Below, one piece after another: positions 57,809-64,000 of a DNA stretch of 64,000 bases. Every line of letters begins with the position of its first letter. The stretch's first letter is position 1. The DNA is from a virus: positions 2,348 to 66,347 of IMG/VR virus record IMGVR_UViG_3300032213_002454. One strand, written 5' to 3'. The notes beneath the pieces were generated by a model, which saw only the letters and a list, made by a program, of their open reading frames with translations, ran no database searches and was not told where the DNA came from. Both the position numbers and the translations under genes were made by a program.

Positions 57809-60493
57809 TTAACAACTGGTAATTATTTGTACAACTACACCACCTTGAACGTTCAATATCACATAATTCAAAGATACTATCGCGATATAATAACCGGTAA
57901 AGACATAATAATTACAAGTTGTTGTATTGGCATAGAAAACAGTACCAACTTGTATTTGTGATGTGTCCATATACATTAATCCAATAGCACCATTCAATGT
58001 ACATGCCGAAGTTTGTAAACATGAAAGAGTTGAACACGCCGAAGAATAATTTGTGGTAAAATCTTGATATAATGTTGAACTCACATACAATGTTGGTGAA
58101 ACAAAATTATGCGTTGCCGAACATGGTATTGGTGTTGGGTATGGAGGACATTCCAAACATGAACCTTGACCATAAACTAATCCATTCCATGTAACTGTTG
58201 ATGGACCTGTAGTTGGTCCTGTTATTAAGTAACATTCACCATTTGTACCACCAAGAACATAATAGTTGTCTAAATTTTGGTATTGAGGTGGTACTGACAT
58301 TACCTCAGCATTAAATTCACCCGAACACGGTATTGCTTGTGCAAAAATGTATGAAGGTGTCGGTGAAGGTGTAGGTGTTGGAGTAGGCGTTGGAGTAGGT
58401 GTTGGAGTAGGTGTTGGAGTAGGTACAATGTCAGGAGTCAAACAATTAGGACACCAGTAATTAAATAAGTTAAATTTTTCTTGTAAAATTCTAAAATTAT
58501 GTTGAACCATTGGGCTACTCATAGGTTCAGTGTACATTCTAAACTGAGAAAGTCCCCCCATAAAAGTTCCCCCAAAAGTTTGTTCCATCAAAATCTCTGT
58601 TGTAAGTCCACTATAGGTTGTTGCAGATAAAATTTCATCAGGAAATAATTCGGGGTCTTGTCGGTATGGACCTTCAGTTGGGATATAGTTACCTGTGTAG
58701 GTTAAAGTACTTGCGGTTGAGGCGGTAGTAAAATAAGGTATAGTGTTAAATTTAGTATTTATCGTTCCCGACTGACCAGTTATTCCACTCAAAGTAATCA
58801 CAGTGCCACTACAGGCGGTATAAACTAAATTTGTGTTTATATTTCCAACCGACCAACTCCAAGTTGAGCATTCATCAAAAATTAAACTATCATGAAGCCC
58901 TTGAGTTCCTCCTCCCCATGAAATATTAAAAGGTACTCCAAGTTGTTTTTCTTTTTCTGTGTTTAGTTCACGAGGGATTATTTCTTCAAAATTTTCTATT
59001 ACCATAAACAAGTAACCATTAACATAAATTTTTAATCTCCCCATTCTATACCATTCATCATCAAACCATTTTTTGTCAAAAACTACTCTGTAAACTTTAT
59101 TTTCTTTTGTTCCTCCTGAATGGGTTTCAGGTGGCATTATTAAATTGTATGAAGTTCCATTAAGAATAGACTGATATGTAACTTGCCTTATATCCCCTAA
59201 ACCACCTAAGTTCAACAAATCACAATCTTCTATTGTTGTATACCGTTCAAATACAGCCGTTACCATAACCCATCTATCGGTTAGAATATTTTGACAAACG
59301 TAGTCACATATGTCATATATTGGCGGGCTACAAACTTCAGTGATAGTATAACCTGTTTGAAAAGTAATGCCTGTTGTTGAACAAGTACCAGTCGTTACAC
59401 AGTCTCCTGTAATTCTTAAAACTTTTACACAAATACGAGGGTCCGCAGGACAACCACTAAACCTAATAGATAGTGCGTTTGAAAGTGTATCGAATTTAGG
59501 GTCTAATGGAGGTACAGGAATTTGTTCAGTACATGCACCACAACCACAACCAATATTATGGTAAGCGGTTGTCGCACTTTGTGGGTATAACAACACGCAA
59601 TTAGCATTAGTAAAAGCTGTTTGAGCACATGTACAACTACTAAGACTTGTTAATCCCGAGGTTACTCTTGTGTACCCACTGTCAGATACGGGTGAACCCG
59701 AGGCAAAATGATAATATTTATTTTCCGCTCTTGTACCAAAAAAGAAAAAAGTACCAGCATTATACGGATATCTCGTGTTAAGATATTCTTCCGTGTTAGT
59801 ATTTATCGCATACTCGTCGGTAATTCTTGGTTTTATTACTGTTTCCATAGACCATCCTTTGTTTAGTCTTTCTGGAAAAACTTCATAATCGTATCCAAAT
59901 AATTTGTAGAACCCTTGATAAAAACCACCATAAAGTTCTTGATAATAGTTTACGGTCGCACCTGTTTTAGATACGATATTATAAATAACATTTTTTGGTC
60001 GTCCTGAAAATACAGTATTTGGTGGTAAGGTGTATCCTGTAACCATATGCATTTTCATTCTTCTGTCATAATAGTGAGGATGAAATTTATAATCATCTCT
60101 AACTCCCATGGTATAATATAAAGTTTGACCAGTCATACCTGTATATAACCCATTATCTGTAGCGGTTAAACCAATATCACAACTACCAGTGAACGCAGAT
60201 ATGCAAGTTAAGTCTACACTATTTGGGTTATAATAATTTTTTGACACTAAAGTTGCTCCCGTGTAAAAATTATCAAAACTCATTATTAACTGTGGTGTTG
60301 TTAACGTATTGTCCAAATCATAAAAAATTGGTAATCTATTTCCATCATCTTTGGCAATAACATAAGGAGAAAAAACTACTTCTTCATCATAGTCTCTTTC
60401 ATCGGCAGCCAAAGTTAAATCAAAATATCTACTTGAATTTAACAAAGACTTGTATCTTGGGTAATAATAGGTATTTAAATTTTGAGTTGGCAT
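57809..60493 (-). CDS. Cys-rich virion structural protein (LamG/ConA-like elements, PT linker, C-terminal Cys modules)
   Basis: 894 aa; WSMETVIK, WVMVTAVF, LKIYVNG, FMGGLSQFRMYTEP pattern resembles the LamG fold. Confidence 0.55.
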   Translation of the reverse strand: MPTQNLNTYYYPRYKSLLNSSRYFDLTLAADERDYDEEVVFSPYVIAKDDGNRLPIFYDLDNTLTTPQLIMSFDNFYTGATLVSKNYYNPNSVDLTCISAFTGSCDIGLTATDNGLYTGMTGQTLYYTMGVRDDYKFHPHYYDRRMKMHMVTGYTLPPNTVFSGRPKNVIYNIVSKTGATVNYYQELYGGFYQGFYKLFGYDYEVFPERLNKGWSMETVIKPRITDEYAINTNTEEYLNTRYPYNAGTFFFFGTRAENKYYHFASGSPVSDSGYTRVTSGLTSLSSCTCAQTAFTNANCVLLYPQSATTAYHNIGCGCGACTEQIPVPPLDPKFDTLSNALSIRFSGCPADPRICVKVLRITGDCVTTGTCSTTGITFQTGYTITEVCSPPIYDICDYVCQNILTDRWVMVTAVFERYTTIEDCDLLNLGGLGDIRQVTYQSILNGTSYNLIMPPETHSGGTKENKVYRVVFDKKWFDDEWYRMGRLKIYVNGYLFMVIENFEEIIPRELNTEKEKQLGVPFNISWGGGTQGLHDSLIFDECSTWSWSVGNINTNLVYTACSGTVITLSGITGQSGTINTKFNTIPYFTTASTASTLTYTGNYIPTEGPYRQDPELFPDEILSATTYSGLTTEILMEQTFGGTFMGGLSQFRMYTEPMSSPMVQHNFRILQEKFNLFNYWCPNCLTPDIVPTPTPTPTPTPTPTPTPTPSPTPSYIFAQAIPCSGEFNAEVMSVPPQYQNLDNYYVLGGTNGECYLITGPTTGPSTVTWNGLVYGQGSCLECPPYPTPIPCSATHNFVSPTLYVSSTLYQDFTTNYSSACSTLSCLQTSACTLNGAIGLMYMDTSQIQVGTVFYANTTTCNYYVFTGYYIAIVSLNYVILNVQGGVVVQIITSC
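58352..58424 (-). repeat. 12-bp tandem repeat encoding (PT)n linker
   Basis: gtaggtgttgga x4.5 at 58371-58424. Confidence 0.9.
58685..58870 (-). repeat. Dispersed ~62-aa Cys module, copy B
   Basis: CSTWSWSVGNINTNLVYTACSGTVITLSGITGQSGTINTKFNTIPYFTTASTASTLTYTGNY. Confidence 0.75.
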
Positions 60494-60504
60494 CGTTTTT
60501 TATG

Positions 60505-60530
60505 ATAAATACTTTGTATCGAGTATTTAT
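60505..60530. promoter_or_regulatory. Back-to-back TATTTAT motifs forming an inverted repeat between divergent genes
   Basis: ATAAATACT-ttgtatcg-AGTATTTAT. Confidence 0.65.
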
Positions 60531-60544
60531 AGGTAAACGATAGA

Positions 60545-61300
60545 ATGAAAACATTTAAGTATTCAACTAAAGAAAGAGCAGAAAGAGTTGCCAAAAGTTT
60601 AGGATGTGTCGGCTCTCATTATCACAATGAAAATGGTGAAAGAAAATATATGCCTTGTAAGTCGCATGATATTTTTTTGAAAAAAAATAAAGAAGACAAA
60701 AAGGGTGAAGAAAAAGAAGTGACAGAATTGGTTGATACTGACGGAACATGGCTTTCATCTAAGGTCCCAATATTGTCAACGGCAAACAACGGAATCGGAA
60801 CTAAAACTACTGACCAAATAGTCCCAGCAGCAAGAAACCCAAGAGACCCGTTGTTAAGAGGGTGGTATGGATATTATGGTGAAGGTCACGTAAAAGAAAT
60901 AGATATGTCTAAAGCGTATGGGTATAAGGATACAAAAAATATGGACGCAAAAACAACTTTAAAATATTTCAAAAAAAAATTAAAAATGGACCCTGAAGAT
61001 GCCGAAGAAAGAGTCGACGACCAATTCGGTAAAAATGAAAAAAGAGATAAAAGGTCAAGGTTTAGAAATAAAAAAGGTTTTGTTGGTCGACCTATTTTAA
61101 AAGAAAAAGAAATTGACGAAAGTGATATTGCGGAAGATATTTTATTTGATAAACCGTCTGATTATGAGTTTGAAAAAAATAAAGATAAAGAAGTTATCCA
61201 CCCATTATTAGTAAGAAATATTAAAGCCTTAAAAAAATTAGCAAAAGAATATAACATTTCAGTGAATGAACTTATTCAGATGATTAAAAATGAACAGTAA
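60545..61300 (+). CDS. Hypothetical protein with N-terminal Cys/His motif
   Basis: 251 aa; LGCVGSHYH...YMPCKSH. Confidence 0.6.
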   Translation: MKTFKYSTKERAERVAKSLGCVGSHYHNENGERKYMPCKSHDIFLKKNKEDKKGEEKEVTELVDTDGTWLSSKVPILSTANNGIGTKTTDQIVPAARNPRDPLLRGWYGYYGEGHVKEIDMSKAYGYKDTKNMDAKTTLKYFKKKLKMDPEDAEERVDDQFGKNEKRDKRSRFRNKKGFVGRPILKEKEIDESDIAEDILFDKPSDYEFEKNKDKEVIHPLLVRNIKALKKLAKEYNISVNELIQMIKNEQ

Positions 61301-61754
61301 CCTATATAACAGAATTGTAATAATTCCTGATTCACTAGTTAAACATCTTGGTGATTGTTTTGGTGGCGTAGAGGGCAACCAAAATGTTGAGGGTTATAAT
61401 AGGAACCAAGAATTAAGAAAGTCTAAGCAGGCGACATATCAACAAGTTAAAAGAATTAAAAGTTGGTTTGATAATTATAATGGAAATAAAGAGGACGCCC
61501 CGTTCATTCTTAATGGTGGAGATAGAATGAGAAATTGGTGTGATGAGGTTTTAAGAGTTTGGAGAGAAAATGATAAAGGTGGTAAAAAAACTAAAATGAA
61601 TGCAGGTATGCAAAATCAATTTATAGACTCTCACACAAAAGACAATTTAATTAAGAACCCTTTGGATTCACATTCTACAACTTTAAGTAGTATTGACCCA
61701 AGAGTTAATGAAGAAGTAAAAACAATTAATAAACTTATACAAAAAATATTATAA
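61290..61754 (+). CDS. Hypothetical protein
   Basis: 154 aa; VKRIKSWFD...LNGGDRMRNW; overlaps neighbours. Confidence 0.6.
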   Translation: MNSNLYNRIVIIPDSLVKHLGDCFGGVEGNQNVEGYNRNQELRKSKQATYQQVKRIKSWFDNYNGNKEDAPFILNGGDRMRNWCDEVLRVWRENDKGGKKTKMNAGMQNQFIDSHTKDNLIKNPLDSHSTTLSSIDPRVNEEVKTINKLIQKIL

Positions 61755-62047
61755 TGGCAACACAATCAGATAAATTAGATTTTTCACAACCTGACAATGG
61801 GTTGTCAAGAATTGCCGAAGAACAAAGAAAAAGACTTTTTGCTAGAAACGATTTTAAAGATTCAAACCCATACTCGTCCATACATCCCGACGCAATTGCA
61901 GATGGTGATAAAATTGGTAGAGGTACTGGTGGTGATTTAGATGTTTACAACCAAAACGCAGGAACTTCTACCGATATAATGGAAAGAAAAGACGATTTAA
62001 AAATAAACAAATTTTCATCTAATAATCCATATTATACCGTAACGTGA
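61754..62047 (+). CDS. Hypothetical protein
   Basis: 97 aa, TAATG-coupled; internal repeat NDFKDSNPY / NKFSSNNPY. Confidence 0.6.
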   Translation: MATQSDKLDFSQPDNGLSRIAEEQRKRLFARNDFKDSNPYSSIHPDAIADGDKIGRGTGGDLDVYNQNAGTSTDIMERKDDLKINKFSSNNPYYTVT

Positions 62048-62445
62048 GACTACTAAAAACACTTACAAATTTAATTACCGAAGCGGCACCTCCTGATGAG
62101 GTTCAAGATAGTATTCGCAAAAAAAAGGTAATTACTATAAATTACGATGGTGAAGAATATGGAAGAGGATATCGTGATATAGAGCCTGTTTGCTTTGGTT
62201 TTACAAAAAACAACGAACCTGTATTGAGAGCTTGGGAAAGACAAGGCGTGTCACACTCTAACGTTACAAGAAACAACCCAATACCTGGTTGGAGATTTTT
62301 CAAATTAGCTAAAATATTGACTTATCAACCACAAGGTGATACGTTTACTGAAGTAAGACCAGGGTATAACCCAAATGGTGATAAACTTATGTCAAGAGTC
62401 ATATTGAATGCAGTTTTTGACAATAACAAAGAAAATATAGAGTAA
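62044..62445 (+). CDS. Stand-alone WYL-domain protein
   Basis: IRKKKVITINY...RDIEPVCFG...LRAW...WRFFKLAKI; GTG start overlapping upstream stop. Confidence 0.75.
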   Translation: MRLLKTLTNLITEAAPPDEVQDSIRKKKVITINYDGEEYGRGYRDIEPVCFGFTKNNEPVLRAWERQGVSHSNVTRNNPIPGWRFFKLAKILTYQPQGDTFTEVRPGYNPNGDKLMSRVILNAVFDNNKENIE

Positions 62446-62446
62446 A

Positions 62447-63067
62447 ATGAACACAACAAACGATTTAATGCAGAGACTGGCAGTCTCAAAAAAAATAATG
62501 GATAAACACACAGAAATAAAAAGAGGTACCGCTCAATTTCCAACTAACGTTAACTTACAAGAATTTGAAACACCTCAAGCAAGTTATAATATTCCACAAG
62601 AATTTTTATCAGAGACTACTACCCCCACTACTAAAAATTTTGACCCAACTAAACCGTTGGCTGAGAGTAGAATTATGAACTCTAAACTCCCTGATGAAAT
62701 CAAAAAATTAATGATAGAGCAACCAATAGTACAACCAAATATGACCGCAAATACCGCGATACCTGATGAAATCATCGAGGGAGCTCAAAGATTAATGAAC
62801 ATGAATCAAAATAAAGAGTCGGTCAAAAAAGAAACTCAACAACAACCTAAATCACAACAAACAAGCCAATCTCAAATTAACGTTAATGAAATGAAAACTA
62901 TGATTAGAAACATAGTGAGAGATACTGTAAGGGATGTTATTAGAGAAGAATTGGAAAGTGCAGGTCTAATCGCCGAGTCAACAGATAGTACTAATGAAAT
63001 AATACAATTCAAAGTTGGTAAACACGTATTTGTTGGTAGAGTTACAAAAGTTCAAAAATTAAAATAA
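62447..63067 (+). CDS. Hypothetical protein
   Basis: 206 aa; SKLPDEIKKLMIEQPI, ends FKVGKHVFVGRV. Confidence 0.6.
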   Translation: MNTTNDLMQRLAVSKKIMDKHTEIKRGTAQFPTNVNLQEFETPQASYNIPQEFLSETTTPTTKNFDPTKPLAESRIMNSKLPDEIKKLMIEQPIVQPNMTANTAIPDEIIEGAQRLMNMNQNKESVKKETQQQPKSQQTSQSQINVNEMKTMIRNIVRDTVRDVIREELESAGLIAESTDSTNEIIQFKVGKHVFVGRVTKVQKLK

Positions 63068-63075
63068 AATTCAGA

Positions 63076-63107
63076 ATTGATTTAATTAAAAAAAGGGATT
63101 ATATTTT
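63076..63107 (+). promoter_or_regulatory. Early/middle-type promoter of glycosyltransferase gene
   Basis: ATTG-N20-TATATTTT (TTGATT-N17-TATATT). Confidence 0.5.
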
Positions 63108-63128
63108 TATAAAAAATTAATCCTAAAT

Positions 63129-64000
63129 ATGAAAAAAATTAAAGTTCTTGTTCTACCTAGTGACAAAACAGGTGTCGGAAAGTTCCGTTCTATTGACCCT
63201 CACGTTTGTCTTCAAAATAACTACCCCGAAGAATTTCATGTTGATATCGACTACGAACCTAAAGTAAATGATTATAATTATTGGAGGGAGTATGATATAG
63301 TACATTTTCACAGAACAATTGGTCATGAATATGATAACTCAGCAAATTTAATTCAAAGACTAAATTCTATAGGTATTATAACTATAATGGATTTGGATGA
63401 TTATTGGCTCCCAACAAAAGAACACCCAGTCCACCATATGGTAGTGTCAGCAGAAATTCATAAAAAAATTATTAACAATTTAAAAGTCGCATCTTACGTT
63501 ACAACCACAACAACAATTTTCGCAGATGAAATAAAAAAGTTTAACAAAAACGTATATATTTTACCAAACGCAATTAATCCAAAAGAACAACAGTTTCAAT
63601 CTAAAACAGAACCATCAGATATTCTAAGATTTGGTTGGTTAGGTGGTTCATCTCACTTACATGATTTAAAATTATTACACGGTACTTTTAATAAACTTTC
63701 ATCTTTGAAAGACAAGTATAGTTTGTATTTATGTGGGTTTGATACAAGAGGAACTGTTACTGAAATTAATCAGCAAACAAAAGAACAAAAACAAAGAGAC
63801 ATTAGACCTGAAGAAACTGTTTGGGCTCGGTACGAAGAAATATTTACAGACAATTATAAATTTGTAGATGAAAATTACAAAAAGTTTTTGATGAAGTTTA
63901 CAGATGAAGAATATAAAACAAATGAACATTTATTTTATAATCGTGTTTGGACTAAACCAGTTACGTCATATGCTACAAATTATAGATTATTTGATGTATC
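63129..64000 (+). CDS. GT-B/GT4-like glycosyltransferase (partial, runs off right edge; not in ORF track)
   Basis: MKKIKVLVLPSDKTGVGKFRSIDP...YDIVHFHR...IMDLDDYW...VTTTT..FADEI...VYILPNAI...RFGWLGGSSHLHDL. Confidence 0.8.
   Translation, partial: MKKIKVLVLPSDKTGVGKFRSIDPHVCLQNNYPEEFHVDIDYEPKVNDYNYWREYDIVHFHRTIGHEYDNSANLIQRLNSIGIITIMDLDDYWLPTKEHPVHHMVVSAEIHKKIINNLKVASYVTTTTTIFADEIKKFNKNVYILPNAINPKEQQFQSKTEPSDILRFGWLGGSSHLHDLKLLHGTFNKLSSLKDKYSLYLCGFDTRGTVTEINQQTKEQKQRDIRPEETVWARYEEIFTDNYKFVDENYKKFLMKFTDEEYKTNEHLFYNRVWTKPVTSYATNYRLFDV

Noticed and set aside
58352-58424. Tandem repeats here and at 35765-35905 and 24806-24851 as CRISPR arrays or DGR repeats
   Set aside because: They are in-frame, spacerless and encode PT or DPAAA linkers; no cas or reverse transcriptase genes and no adenine-specific variant pair were seen.
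1996-63929. About 40 short (60-115 aa) ORFs in the track that are antisense to or nested in long genes (e.g. 1996-2196, 11274-11600, 24704-24958, 35791-36006, 41855-42199, 63729-63929)
   Set aside because: They overlap well-supported genes, mostly use non-ATG starts and show no recognisable motifs; they are shadow ORFs.
1-64000. Stop-codon reassignment, tRNA/rRNA genes, integrase or transposases
   Set aside because: Genes are full length and densely packed under the standard code with TAA/TAG/TGA stops; intergenic gaps are short and AT-rich with no cloverleaf seen; no integrase or transposase motifs were seen.

Overview
This is a 64-kb segment of an AT-rich, T4-like jumbo myovirus genome read with the standard genetic code. 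The host is probably Bacteroidota (inferred from missing Shine-Dalgarno motifs, TTG-N19/20-TAnnTTT promoters, SprB-like repeats and the RNR type). It interleaves a contractile tail/baseplate/neck module (gp6-, gp7-, gp25-, gp53-, hub-, gp48/54-, TMP-, tube-, sheath-, gp13/14/15-like genes) with replication genes (class Ia NrdAB, DnaB-like helicase, 5'-3' exonuclease, RecA/UvsX, SSB, PolB, intein-containing SNF2 helicase) and accessory genes (Mn-SOD, HAD hydrolase, stand-alone WYL, RHH protein, GT4 glycosyltransferase). Five ORFs missing from the supplied track were found by hand. The most notable observations are: (1) a strongly enriched [ST]-G-x-[TS] motif confined to virion proteins, a candidate phage glycosylation sequon; (2) a ~62-aa Cys module inserted into three unrelated virion proteins; (3) a likely +1 frameshift at UUU_UUU_CGU in the tail chaperone; (4) a TATTTAT promoter-like motif, the reverse complement of the T4 late promoter; (5) N-terminal I/L-x-E leaders suggesting SOD, HAD and WYL are packaged in the head; (6) a class 3 intein starting with Phe. 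All family calls come from motif recognition by eye, with no database searches.
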